Of a stretch of 64,000 nucleotides of DNA, positions 49,539 to 62,120 are shown one piece after another. Where the stretch lies: NCBI GenBank assembly GCA_964016885.1, contig OZ024746.1:186001-250000 (forward strand), written 5' to 3'. Each line of letters starts with the position of its first letter. Positions within the stretch are counted from its first letter, which is position 1. A program made the translations under genes and the position numbers. The DNA is from Eledone cirrhosa. Its lineage: Eukaryota. The notes beneath the pieces are model-generated. The model did not search any database, was not told the DNA's origin, and saw only the letters and a list, made by a program, of their open reading frames with translations.

Positions 49539-49669
49539 CTAGAAACAAAAGTTATGTCACATGTGAAAATAGGATTTATTTGAAAGAAAAGAGATAAATA
49601 TATGGTCAATATTTCCAAGAGATATATATATATACTTCATACTGAGAAAAAAAAATCATCTGTTATATA

Positions 49670-49915
49670 CCGGGGTGCTGAAAAGTTGCTGGCTTTAAGG
49701 GTATCATGAAAGGGTAGAGCTGTTACCTTTACAGGGGTGGTAGGACCTGCTGCAACAAGTGTCACAAAAAGGTAGAGCTGTTACCTTTACAGGGTAGGTA
49801 GGACTACTGCAATAAGTGTGTGAATCTGAGAAGGGAATATGTTGAATAAAATCATAATTAACTGATCCCACTGAATTTTCTTTTACCCAAATCCAGGAAC
49901 TTTTCAGCACCCTGG
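49670..49915 (+). mobile_element. Mariner-derived MITE
   Basis: TA flanks; TIR CC(G/A)GGGTGCTGAAAAGTT(G/C)CTGG; relic KCVNLRREYVE*; internal ~57-bp duplication. Confidence 0.85.
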
Positions 49916-50299
49916 TATGTACCGTTTGTAAATATTAATCCAAAAAATAAAAATTGACAAAAATTACTGAACAAAAGAAACAAATGAATAAAAGTTAAAG
50001 AGAGAGAAAGATATGTTGACTGAGTTACAGGTTACAACAGTGAATGTTGGTGATACACTCTAATTTTTGAAGCATTGCTGTGGCTGATGGTGAGGCTAAG
50101 GTGTTAGAATAGTCAAGTACCCTCACAAGCATCAACTAATACTTCAGTAAGGCAAAGTCACCAACAATGACATTATTGTCAGCACCTCCCTTTAATGTAC
50201 CAAATGTTACAGGCTGAAAAAATATAATTTACTGATAAATCACAGTATTTCACTAGTTTATTCTGTTCAGTAAATATTCCATAATAAATAATTTATAGT

Positions 50300-50600
50300 T
50301 AATATTACACAGTAAATATATTACCATTGTAATATTACACAGTAAATATATTACCGTTGTGATATTACACAGTAAATATATTACCATTGTGATATTATAC
50401 AGTAAATATATTACCATTGTGATATTACACAGTAAATATATTACCATTGTAATATTACACAGTAAATATATTACCGTTGTGATATTACACAGTAAATATA
50501 TTACCATTGTGATATTATACAGTAAATATATTACCATTGTGATATTACACAGTAAACATTTCACAATAAATAATTCACAGTAAACAATTCACAGTAAATA
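50300..50600. repeat. 30-bp minisatellite, about 9 copies; related 14-bp units at 49218-49330
   Basis: Unit AGTAAATATATTACCATTGTGATATTACAC. Confidence 0.93.
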
Positions 50601-50627
50601 TTTTCAGATTGTCAAAGCTGTACAAAC

Positions 50628-50795
50628 CTGTTCTAAATTAACGTTGGCACTAAGATTATATTCTACCCAAACAGCCAACATGTCCAGATCTTCTGGGTCT
50701 AATAAAATAGCCAGTTTCATGTAGTTACGTACCATCAACTGACCCTCAGCAATACGACCTACCCTCAACAGCTTTGTTGCAATGTTGTGGAACCA
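50628..50795 (-). CDS. FBXO21: FBXO21 exon 8
   Basis: cattgtag|WFHNIATKLLRVGRIAEGQLMVRNYMKLAILLDPEDLDMLAVWVEYNLSANVNLEQ|gtttgt; 56 codons. Confidence 0.88.
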
Positions 50796-50880
50796 CTACA
50801 ATGAAAGAAAATTGACAAAAAAAAAAAAAAAATCTATATATGTATATATGTATATATATACATACACATATATATATATA

Positions 50881-51336
50881 TGGAGGCACATGGCTTAGTG
50901 GTTAGAGCATTGGCCTTGCAATCGAAAGGTTGTGAGTTCAATTCTCAGACCGGGTGATGTGTTGTTCCCTTGAGCAAGACACTTTATTTCACATTGCTCC
51001 AGTTTACTCAGCTGTAGAAATGAGATGATAAGGACTGAGGTCACCTATCATATATATATATCATCATCATCATTTCATTTTACGTCAGCTTTTCCCTGCT
51101 TGCAAGAGTGGGACGGGAACTGATTCTGGCTTGATTTCTACAGCTGGATGCCCTTCCTAACTGTAAAGTGGTCGTGGAGGTGCCACGGCAAAAAAGCACC
51201 CAGCACTCACTGTAAATGAGGTTGGTGTTAGGAAGGGCATCCAGCTGTAGAAATCAAGCCAGAATCAGTTCCCGTCCCACCCTTGCAAGCAGGGAAAAGC
51301 GGACGTAAAATGAAATGATGATGATGATATATATAT
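50881..51336. mobile_element. SINE family 2 head followed by an inverted pair of RTE tails
   Basis: SINE 50881-51030; 51051-51160 is the reverse complement of 51228-51336. Confidence 0.85.
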
Positions 51337-51757
51337 ACACACACATATATTCATCATCATAATTAACATGTAGACCTATCTAACCCGTGCTAGCAGGGAA
51401 AGTGGACATTAAAGTGACAAATGACAATAATATATATAATCCATTATTTCATATTTCCAGGTCTACATAGACCAAGTCAATCCTGAAGCGGTGGCTACTG
51501 ATCTCCCTGACAGGCTGGGATCTGTTGTCTCACATTCTACCGAGTGCACAAGGGAGGTTATCATGTCTTTGACACAACTGAGGGTCCTCCCAACCTTTGT
51601 TTGACAAGCTTTCTACAGCTGGTTACCCTTCCTATCACCAACCACTTTACAGCATGTACTGAATGTGTTTATCATGCAGATCACCAACACTAGGGTGGCT
51701 ATCATGTCCTTGATATCACTGAAGGGTCCTCTCGTCCAGCCCACACTGGGTCGTGTC

Positions 51758-52048
51758 ACAATAATAATAATAATGAAAATTATTGTGTACGGTGCACAGG
51801 TGCATTACAACTCATCAAAAGTGCATGTATAGTACATAGAATGATGTACAAAAGTCAGGAAAGTAAACAGTGTATGAGTCATGATACATGCATACACTTG
51901 TGTGTATGGAAGAGGGATATCAGGCGTTATGTTGGCGAATTTCAGGAAGTATATAATTTTTTAAGGATGTAGTGTTCCAGCAGCTAACAACTAACGTACA
52001 TAGTGTCTTTCATGCTACAGCAACTCTGAGCATGATAAAATGTTTTCA
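51758..52048 (-). mobile_element. CR1 3' fragment
   Basis: Homologous to 3765-4055. Confidence 0.8.
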
Positions 52049-52339
52049 AAATGCACCCAGTTCACTGTAAATGTAGTTGGCATTAGGAAGAGCATCCAGC
52101 CATAGAAACCAAGCTAAAATTAGTTCTGTATGAGTAAGACACAATCATCTGACCTGGCTTGTCTCAGAATAGGACAGCTCGTCTAATCCATGCTAGATGG
52201 TAAAAAAATGAATATTAAATGGAGATGATGATGATGATGATGCAGTCATAGAGCTACTTTGCACTTGTTCAAGAATGTGTTGCTAATGTGTTTTTATGTG
52301 GTACAGGACTTTAAAAAGGTAAGAATGGAAAATACTTAC

Positions 52340-52505
52340 TCTTCTTGGAGGAATAACAACTTCTGCATTGTGTAAATGATAACATTGTGTTTCACTGAGG
52401 AAGCGACCATTTTCATTTGTATTTAAGTAAGTGTATTGTTTGTAGCTGGCTTGTTCACTGAAAGATGAAGAAGTTGCTGCTGCTGATGTCAAAGAACTTA
52501 AATAA
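52340..52505 (-). CDS. FBXO21: FBXO21 exon 7
   Basis: acttcag|T YLSSLTSAAATSSSFSEQASYKQYTYLNTNENGRFLSETQC..IPPRR|gtaagt; phases 2/0. Confidence 0.88.
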
Positions 52506-52587
52506 CTGAAGTCAAAACTAATTGAATATTGTAAATAATGTCATTTTGTTGGGAAGAATATCACATATCATATTGGTGGCTGTCATA

Positions 52588-53630
52588 TACCACCACCACC
52601 ACTACTACTACAATGACCACTGCCACTACTACTACTACTACCATGACCACTGCCACTACTACTACTACAATGACCACTGCCACTACTACTACCATGACCA
52701 CTGCCACTACTACTACTACTACCATGACCACTGCCACTACTACTACCATGACCACTGCCACTACTACTACTACCATGACCACTGCCACTACTACTACCAT
52801 GACCACTGCCACTACTACTACTACCATGACCACTGCCACTACTACTACCATGACCACTGCCACAACTACTACTACTACTACTACAATGACCACTGCCACT
52901 ACTACTACTACAATGACCACTGCCACTACTACTACTACCATGACCACTGCCACTACTACTACCATGACCACTGCCACAACTACTACTACTACTACTACAA
53001 TGACCACTGCCACTACTACTACTACCATGACCACTGCCACTACTACTACCATGACCACTGCCACAACTACTACTACTACAATGACCACTGCCACTACTAC
53101 TACTACAATGACCACTGCCACTACTACTACTACTACAATGACCACTGCCACTACTACTACTACTACAATGACCACTGCCACTACTACTACTACAATGACC
53201 ACTGCCACTACTACTACCATGACCACTGCCACAACTACTACTACCATGACCACTGTCACTACTACTACTACTATGACCACTACTACTACTACTACAATGA
53301 CCATTGCCACTACTACTACCATGACCACTGCCACTACTACTACTACTACCATGACCACTACTACTACTACTACTACAATGACCACTACCACTACTATGAC
53401 CACTGTCTACTACTACTACCATGACCACTACTACTACTACTACTACTACAATGACCATTGCCACTACTACTACTACTACCATGACCACTACTACTACTAC
53501 TACCATGACCATTGCCACTGCTACTACAATGACCACTGCCACTTCTACTACCACCATGACCACTGCCACTACTACTACCATGATAAGTGCCACCACCACC
53601 ATCATCCCCACTACCATCACCATAACCAAT
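52588..53630. repeat. Compound trinucleotide satellite (TAC)n-(C/A)ATGACCACTGCCAC filling intron 6
   Basis: Direct inspection. Confidence 0.95.
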
Positions 53631-53670
53631 ACATCACAATAACAAGTGAAGCTATTTGGAAGTGACTTAC

Positions 53671-53801
53671 TTTGGATGTTCTCTCCAACGCAGAAGTTGC
53701 ATGAAAGGTGGAATTGGTTCTAAGAGAACTCCGAGTCTCCGGGCCACACTTTGGTAAATCACAGTTACTATCCAACGTAAACAACGCTTTGTTATTAAAA
53801 C
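53671..53801 (-). CDS. FBXO21: FBXO21 exon 6 (SirB1/transglutaminase-like core)
   Basis: ttgacag|VLITKRCLRWIVTVIYQSVARRLGVLLEPIPPFMQLLRWREHP AA|gtaagt; resembles recalled ARQLGVPLEP..LLRW. Confidence 0.92.
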
Positions 53802-53872
53802 CTGTCAAAATACACAAGAAGAAGGCCATTGGCAGTGTTATAGGAGAATCTTTAGAAATTTTGGTACAGTCC

Positions 53873-54383
53873 TTATTGTTTTACGTCCATTTCTTCATGT
53901 TGGCATGGGTTAGACGAGTTGTCCTGTTGTGTCCAATGTTAGGTCAGGTGACCATGTCTTGCTCATATAGAACTGATTTTGGCTTGATGTTCTTTCTAAG
54001 GCCAACTTCATTTATAGTGAGTACTGGGTGCCTTTTGTCGTGACACCTAGATGCCCACTTTACAGTGTGAGCTGGGTGCTTTTTACCGTGTCACCATCGC
54101 AATCACTTTACAGTGTTTCGGTCAGTCCTCATGAGAGATGTATTGGAGGGTGGGTTGGGGTGGTGAATACTATATATATGCTTCAGCTTCGGCCTGTGCC
54201 TGTGGAGAGTTAGGTCTTCTGTATTACTGCATAACGCCAGAGATCTTGGTCCAGTGTCATCACCTTTGAGAGATGCAAGTGGGCAAGGTTGACTTTTATC
54301 ACTCGTCCCAAGTCTTCCTGGGTCTCCCCACTCCAAGGCTTCCATCAACTTTGAGCGCTCTGCAACTTTTAATGCAGCTGTCA
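53873..54383 (-). mobile_element. RTE 3' fragment
   Basis: DSCIKSCRALKVDGSLGVGRPRKTWDE plus 3' UTR; starts in (TA)n. Confidence 0.85.
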
Positions 54384-54477
54384 TATATATACATAATATA
54401 TATACACACACACACACACACATTTATATATCTGTGTGTATGTTGTGGTGTGTGTAAGTATATATATGTATGTGTAT

Positions 54478-54514
<37 letters not shown>

Positions 54515-54591
54515 CAGAGAGAGAGAAAGAGAGATTTACATACACACACATATGTATATACTATGTATCTCTCTAGGAACAAAAGGCTGGC

Positions 54592-55692
54592 TGTATGATG
54601 TCTATGTACAATATGTAATGTTGTATGATGTCTATATGTAATGTTGTATGATATCAATATGTAATGTTGTATGATATCAATATGTAATGTTGTATGATGT
54701 CTATATGTAATGTTGTATGATATCAATATGTAATGTTGTATGATGTCAATATGTAATGTTGTATGATATCAATATGTAATGTTGTATGATATCAATATGT
54801 AATGTTGTATGATGTCAATATGTAATGTTGTATGATGTCTATATGTAATGTTGTATGATATCAATATGTAATGTTGTATGATGTCAATATGTAATGTTGT
54901 ATGATATCAATATGTAATGTTGTATGATATCAATATGTAATGTTGTATGATGTCAATATGTAATGTTGTATGATGTCTATATGTAATGTTGTATGATATC
55001 AATATGTAATGTTGTATGATGTCAATATGTAATGTTGTATGATATCAATATGTAATGTTGTATGATATCAATATGTAATGTTGTATGATGTAAATATGTA
55101 ATGTTGTATGATATCAATATGTAATGTTGTATGATGTCAATATGTAATGTTGTATGATATCAATATGTAATGTTGTATGATATCAATATGTAATGTTGTA
55201 TGATATCAATATGTAATGTTGTATGATATCAATATGTAATGTTGTATGATATCAATATGTAATGTTGTATGATGTCAATATGTAATGTTGTATGATGTCA
55301 ATATGTAATGTTGTATGATGTCAATATGTAATGTTGTATGATATCAATATGTAATGTTGTATGATATCAATATGTAATGTTGTATGATGTCAATATGTAA
55401 TGTTGTATGATGTCAATATGTAATGTTGTATGATATCAATATGTAATGTTGTATGATATCAATATGTAATGTTGTATGATATCAATATGTAATGTTGTAT
55501 GATGTCAATATGTAATGTTGTATGATATCAATATGTAATGTTGTATGATGTCAATATGTAATGTATGATATCAATATGTAATGTTGTATGATATCAATAT
55601 GTAATGTTGTATGATGTCAATATGTAATGTTGTATGATGTCTATGTGTAATGTTGTATGATGTCTATGTTCAATGTGTAATGTTGTATGATG
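54592..55692. repeat. 23-bp satellite, about 47 copies, embedded in an RTE coding relic
   Basis: Unit ATGTAATGTTGTATGAT(A/G)TC(A/T)AT; flanks read SLGTKGWLYD and GETWTV. Confidence 0.95.
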
Positions 55693-55820
55693 GTGAGACA
55701 TGGACTGTAAATGTAAACAAATTCTTGATCATTTTCAAAAGTATTTGAGAATTATAGGCAGAACCTTTGATTAGAAATCTGTTAATGAAAAGATTAAAGT
55801 AATGAAAAACCAAAATATAC

Positions 55821-55951
55821 CTTATTAATATTCAGAAGATCCATTGAAGAATATTCTTCAGCAAGGAATCTGTGTTTCTTGTACAAAATATTGTTCATGG
55901 CAACAAGTACATCCCGTGTATCTGGAGGACTCCACAGAGTTGTCTCAATAA
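55821..55951 (-). CDS. FBXO21: FBXO21 exon 5
   Basis: ctgccag|TT IETTLWSPPDTRDVLVAMNNILYKKHRFLAEEYSSMDLLNINK|gtatat; resembles recalled VLDAMNYVLY. Confidence 0.9.
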
Positions 55952-56593
55952 CTGGCAGAAAGAAACCATTAATGGAGGAAAATCAACTAATTTTCCACGT
56001 TTTCCTTCTCTATACAGGTATACATACATATAAATACACATACAAACAAATATACACCCATATACAAAGATATCTACATACATATACACATATACAGACC
56101 TATACATATAGATAGATATATATACATATACAAAATTATACAGAACATGACCACCTTACAGGGTGGACTGGGTGTTTTTTGTTGTGTCACCAGCATGACC
56201 ACCTTAAGTTTATATCTTTCATCTGGTCAGTTTCGTAACAGGCTGATGGTTCTTCTGGGTGGGTTGTTGGCCCTCCGCAGAATAGTTGGATGATGGAGCT
56301 GCCATCTTGACAGCAAGCCAACACGCCATGGGTCACTGTTGGTCTGAAATCTCCCCAGGAAGACCTGCCCACCTGGGGTGGCCCTACCATGAGCAAAGCT
56401 CCAGATGGTCATGCTCTCTCAAATTTACGGAACACACAAGCCCCCTCGCCATAATAAGGGCTCTGGGATCACTGACCTATGATGACCCCAGTCTCATCAA
56501 CCAAGAAGAAGATTATATATTTTGTACTTCTTAATTATTTTCAAAATTCATTATAATACATGGGTAGTGAATTTCATTGAAAATATAGTGGTA

Positions 56594-57287
56594 AGAAACT
56601 GTCAAGAGAGCTGAACAACAGAAGGTCTTCAGAGAATAAACTGTCAGGTGAGCTAGACAACAAGTCTTCAGAGAATAAACTGTCAGGAGAGCTGGACAAC
56701 AGCTCTTCAGAGAAGAAACTGCCAGGCGAGCTGGATAGCAGAAGGTCCTCAGAGAAGAAACTGAGCAACTGGTCTTCAGAGAAGAAACTGTCAAGAGAGC
56801 TGAACAGCAGAAGGTCTTCAGAGAAGAAACTGTCAGGAGAGCTGGACAACAGACGGTCTTCAGAGAAGAAACTGTCAGGAGAGCTGGACAACAGAAGGTC
56901 TTCAGAGAAGAAACTGTCAGGAGAGCTGGACAGGAGGTCTTCAGAGAAGAAACTGTCAGGAGAGCTAGACAACAGAAGGTCTTCAGAGAAGAAACTGTGA
57001 GGAGAGCTGGACAGCAGAAGGTCTTCAGAGAAGAAACTGTCAGGAGAGCTAGACAACAGAAGGTCTTCAGAGAAGAAACTGTGAGGAGAGCTGGACAGCA
57101 GAAAGTCTTCAGAGAAGAAACTGTCAGGGGAGCTAGACAACAGAAGGACATCAGAGAAGAAACTGTCAGGAGAGCTGGCCAGCAGAAGGTCTTCAGAGAA
57201 GAAAGTGTCAGGAGAGCTGGACAACAGAAGGTCTTCAGAGAAGAAACTGTCAGGGGAGCTGGACAGCAGAAAGTCTTCAGAGAAGAA
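56594..57287. repeat. 42-bp minisatellite, about 17 copies
   Basis: Unit AGAAACTGTCAGGAGAGCTGGACAACAGAAGGTCTTCAGAGA. Confidence 0.95.
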
Positions 57288-57446
57288 CCCACTCTAACAA
57301 GTGTTTTGGCCCTTAAGTTCTAATGAAAAATTGAAGTCAATAGTGAAATAGAATTATCTAAAAATGTTTCTATTTTCCTTAATAAATACATAAAATAATT
57401 GACTAAAATAGACAACAATCCATATTTACATAACAAGATGACTTAC

Positions 57447-57599
57447 TATCATAAAGGTCTTTAACAAGTGTTGGGTGATCAGGACGAAATTTTGCCAATT
57501 CATTTTTAACTTCATATGCAAGTGTGTCCAGTTTTTTTAAGATGTCTTCAATATTTGTGCTTTCCAAAAAACAATGCCAGTTATGCATAAAAATTGTAC
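57447..57599 (-). CDS. FBXO21: FBXO21 exon 4
   Basis: tttgcag|GT TIFMHNWHCFLESTNIEDILKKLDTLAYEVKNEL..HPTL..YD A|gtaagt. Confidence 0.9.
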
Positions 57600-58870
57600 C
57601 TGCAAAAGAATGGAGCCTGATAGTTAATCCTTTTGTTACTAAATTTCTACTGCCAGACTTTCTAAGATTTTCAAACCATTTTGAAAATAATTAAGAATTT
57701 GAACGGGTTTAATAATATAAGTAACTTTCTTATTATTAAGCTGCTGTTTGTAACATGACTTAACATTTGGTATTGTAGAACTGTTGGCGCTGCTACCATT
57801 AATATCATCATCATCATTTTATGTCTGTTTTCAATGCTGGCATGGGTTAGATATGTCATCATGGTCTGAGAGTAGTTACAATGTAGAACTATATATTCCA
57901 TATTTTGGTATGGTTTCTATGGTTGGATGGTCTTCTTAATGCTAACCACTTTACAGAGTTTACCGGGTACATTTCATCAGAACACTAAAACTGCCAGGTT
58001 ATACCTGGGTCTACTGGGTACACAGGTTATAGGTTATACTTGATACATTTTATAATTGCATCAGCATAAGAGAGGTTGTGAAATCTTCAACAGGATCCAA
58101 AGGGCCTCTCTATTCTATGTTGACTTGATCTGTTCATCAGCTATTTTATAGGGTCGGGGTACTCAGTACATTCCATCAGATTGCCTTATTCACTACAGGT
58201 TAAAATGAGTCTAAATTTGCCAACCAAGACCTCGTCTAGGACCCTACATCTAAACTAGCCGGCTTTCACTTTCCCAGTAATGGGTGTCCCTTAATCAAAT
58301 CCACACAACATATGCCAGGACAGCCCAACATGTGACTGTGGGGACCTTGACCAGACAGTACTGCATGTTGTTCAGGATTGCTGCCTCAGATGTTTTCCCA
58401 GGGGCCTGGGAGCAATCCATAATACTGCAAATGACTGTTTGGTCTGGCTTTATTCTCATTAACATTATTTTTAAATCCCTTCCTCCGCCCTCCAGGCTAA
58501 CACTAAGTCTTCTTCCTTCTCTTGTGACCTATATTGTGTCCACACCACTACACTCAGCCCTTCTTATCCAGAACGTTATCACCCTGAAATTCCATCCCTG
58601 TACATGCTCTTCTTGGTCTTGAAGTCCCTATAAAGACAATAGCTATTGTCCCTTACTGTAACCCCATCAATTCCACTGGCCCCAGAATCCCTATAAATAC
58701 CATTGTCACAGTCCCTTTCACACATTAACCCCATCAATCTCACAGGTCTCAACGTCCCTATAAAAACTATTGACCTTATTAACCCTGTCAATCCCCCTGA
58801 ACTTGGAGGCCTTATGAAGACTAAGGCCCAACCCTTCAAACAAGACCAATAAAAACAAACCCAAACTTAC

Positions 58871-58992
58871 CAATTTCTAGTTTCTGTTCATTAACAGGCA
58901 GCGACAAATAACTATCCCAAGCTTTAGATAAAGAACGATGTTGAATATGTTGCAATGTCTTACCAGCATAGTATTTCTTGGTTAAGTTTTCT
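58871..58992 (-). CDS. FBXO21: FBXO21 exon 3
   Basis: tctatag|A ENLTKKYYAGKTLQHIQ..LSLPVNEQKLEI G|gtaagt; LTxKYYA motif. Confidence 0.92.
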
Positions 58993-59056
58993 CTATAGAA
59001 GACAGAAATATAGATTAGAGAACAGAAATATAGGTTACATAAAATGGAAAAATAGA

Positions 59057-59672
59057 TATGGAGGCACATGGCTTAGTGGTTAGAGCATTGGCCTTGCAAT
59101 CGAAAGGTTGTGAGTTCAATTCTCAGACCGGGTGATGTGTTGTTTCCTTGAGCAAGACACTTTATTTCATATTGCTCCAGTTTACTCAGCTGTAGAAATG
59201 AGATGATAGGGACTGGGGTCCATATCATTCCACTGCAAAGTGGTCGTGGAACTGCCACGGCAAAAAAGCACCCAGCACTCACTGTAAATGAGGTTGGTGT
59301 TAGGAAGGGCATCCAGCTGTAGAAATCAAGCCAGAGTCAGTTCCCGTCCCACTCTTGCAAGCAGGGAAAAGCGGACGTAAAATGAAATGATAATGATATA
59401 TATATATATGATAGGTGACCTCAGTCCCTATCATCTCATTTCTACAGCTGAGTAAACTGGAGCAATGTGAAATAAAGTGTCTTGCTCAAGGAAACAACAC
59501 ATCACCCGGTCTGAGCATTGAACTCACAACCTTTCGATTGCAAGGCCAATGCTCTAACCACTAAGCCATGTGCCTCCATATATATATGTGTATATATATA
59601 CATATATAGATTTTTTTTTTTTGTCAATTTTCTTTCATTGCAAGCAGGGAAAAACGGACGTAAAATGATGAT
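59057..59672. mobile_element. Composite block: SINE-2 (+), RTE tail, SINE-2 (-), inverted copy of intron-7 sequence
   Basis: 59057-59215 pairs with 59423-59581; about 59300-59640 is the reverse complement of 50799-51160. Confidence 0.88.
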
Positions 59673-60365
59673 ATAGATTCCCATAATGCAAAGACTTTAA
59701 GCAGAAGTGGAGACTGCCAAGAGGGGAAAAGATGAGGCTGTTTTGCTCTGGTTGTATCAGTGCTTTTGTATGGTAATGAGACAAGGACACTCACATTGAC
59801 AACCTGAAACAGAATACTGACCTGGAATCTGTCTAGAAACTATATCATCATGGTGGGAATCAGAAATAGGCTATATAACAGAAAGCTAGATTACATAATT
59901 CTCTAGTGCAGTGTAGATGTGTGTGTGGTATATATATATATCCAGTGGTACACATATATAACAGTGTAGATGTGTGGTATATACAGAGGCCAGTATATTA
60001 TCTAAGTCCAAAGCCTGTCTCAATCAGGCCGGTGCTTATCTTGGTTTTGTGGCGTGAAGTGACAGAGTACAAGGCTCCCTCTTGGACAGGACGCCAGTCG
60101 ATTGCAGGATTAAACCCCCAGTTATTGCTGGTACTCATTTTCATGGAATAACATGAAATGAAGTGTTTTGCTTAAGAACACAACACACAACCCAGCCCAG
60201 GAATCAAACCCACATCATGATCATAAGTGCAACACCCTTACCACTACGCCAAGTGCCTCCACCTTGTATCATCATCGTGAACTAAAATATCCCAATAATT
60301 TTATTTCTTAACACACAGTGATCGGGAAAAAACACAAATGATAAAAAAATAAATAAAAAACTTAC

Positions 60366-60608
60366 AGTGGGTCTGAAGCAATTAAATGAAGATAACTGGT
60401 GATAAATTCTTTATTGTTTTCATCTTCATCAATATATTGGAGGATAATATGAAATTTATCAGGTGGTACCTCTTCATAGTTGTAACAAATTTCTGCTAAA
60501 TTCTGAAGAAACTGGTTCACATTTTGGATGCACATATAATGTCGAATGAACAGTTTTCTCCATGCTACAGGCATATGGTAATTGGTCTTTGGAAGAACAT
60601 TTGGCCAG
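60366..60608 (-). CDS. FBXO21: FBXO21 exon 2
   Basis: tttttag|C WPNVLPKTNYHMPVAWRKLFIRHY...LIASDP CT|gtaagt; phase 2/2. Confidence 0.9.
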
Positions 60609-61634
60609 CTAAAAACCATTGAAAAAAAATTAATAAAACTAAAACTAAAAACACAATGAATCTTAGATTAATTTTATTCAATGTCAACATATAGTGAAAT
60701 ATAAAGTTAAAACCACCTGAATTTTTCCCATCAATCCTGCTTCTGATCAGACAAGGGAGTGGATCAATGTTTTTCCCAGCTTTTAAAGATCATTTAAAAT
60801 AATCTGTCCATCCTTCTTAGAACATACCAAATTTCCTGGCGTCGAAGACACTATTTTTTTCCTAAAATGAGTCTCGAAAATCTACCATGTGTCCTGGAGG
60901 CCAAAAGTTGTGTTTCTCATAGGTATATCCTAACCCCAGAGGAAAATTATCTCTGCTAGACAGTAATCTGAACTCCTGTATATGACCTCTCAATGAAGTG
61001 TATAAATTATAATTAGTTAAAGTAGTAAATAAACAAAATATCGTTAAAAATTAGGTAACAAGACCCGAAGTGTGCGGACCTTATTTTTATGTTCATCATT
61101 GTTTTTCAAATTTTTAGTTGTCAAAATTGGAGTGCGTTCTCGAGGGCGAAGTGTCTGCAACGACGAGAAATACAATAACATTGACTCTCTGGAATTCTCT
61201 CTCTGCACATATCTTTCCTGCAGCAGATATTAACTTGCAACATTTTAAGCCGAACTTTAACAGTATCAATCTCATCGGTCTCAGAAGGTCCACAAAGGTC
61301 GTTGACGTAACCATTTTCTCCAGATGAAGAGTTGGCAACATGTCGGGCCATTAAGGCACTCTGTAAATTTTGGACCTTTCCAAATATTTATATGTAAAAT
61401 AATATACATGTGAAACATGGGCAAAACTAAAATATCAGACGTGGGTGATCATTGTTCCAGATTGAATTACTAATAATAATATTTCTTTATTAGCCACAAG
61501 GGCCTACATATAGGGGACAATAAACAGAAGAATTACAACAATGAAAATTTCCCAATAGGGGGGGGGGGGGTAGCTCCTGGGGTCGACTCAGGAACCCCAC
61601 CAATCCTGAACCACCCGACGCTTTATGGGCACCT

Positions 61635-62120
61635 GATTTAGGCACAAGGCCAGCAATTTGGGGGCGAGGAAAGTTGATTAAATTGATCTTGGTGCATGTG
61701 CATTACTGGTACTTTATTTTATCCACCCCGTAAGGATGAAAAGCAAAGCTAACTTCTGTGTGATTTGAACTAAAAATATAAAGAATTGTAATTATATTCC
61801 GCAAAGCATGTTCTCCGGCGCTCTACCGATACTGCCAAAATAATAAATCTACCCTCACTCCGTATGTGCATCAATGATTTGAAACATGGAACAAATTTAT
61901 TGATTCCAACACAGATATCAATAACAACACATTCTACTTCTGGAATAAATCAATTTTATGATAGATAGCATATCTTATTATTGGTATTTATAATTAATTG
62001 TTTCTACTTTTGGCACAAGGCCAGCAATTAACCAGTACATTACTGGTACTTTATTTTATCGACCCCGTAAGGATGAAAGGCAAAGTTAACCTCGGCGGGA
62101 TTTGAACTCAGAATGGCAAG
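61635..62120 (-). mobile_element. Two SINE family 1 copies (about 61635-61840 and 61992-62120)
   Basis: GGCACAAGGCCAGCAATT..CTGGTACTTTATTTTATC..GATTTGAACT. Confidence 0.8.

Noticed and set aside
50881-50950. tRNA-like sequences
   Set aside because: SINE heads continuing into SINE bodies, without a complete cloverleaf
52522-53665. His/Tyr/Cys-rich 300-375 aa ORFs
   Set aside because: Trinucleotide satellite open in several frames, within an FBXO21 intron
56531-57323. Repetitive 108-253 aa ORFs
   Set aside because: 42-bp minisatellite; not needed for the FBXO21 frame and lacks splice support
58200-58840. Unique-looking intronic sequence, possibly an old L1/Tx1 fragment
   Set aside because: Too decayed to assign by eye
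61114-61360. 76-aa Cys-containing minus ORF with a possible acceptor in FBXO21 intron 1
   Set aside because: Exons 1 and 2 join in frame without it; adjacent to MITE-like sequence; no homology recognised
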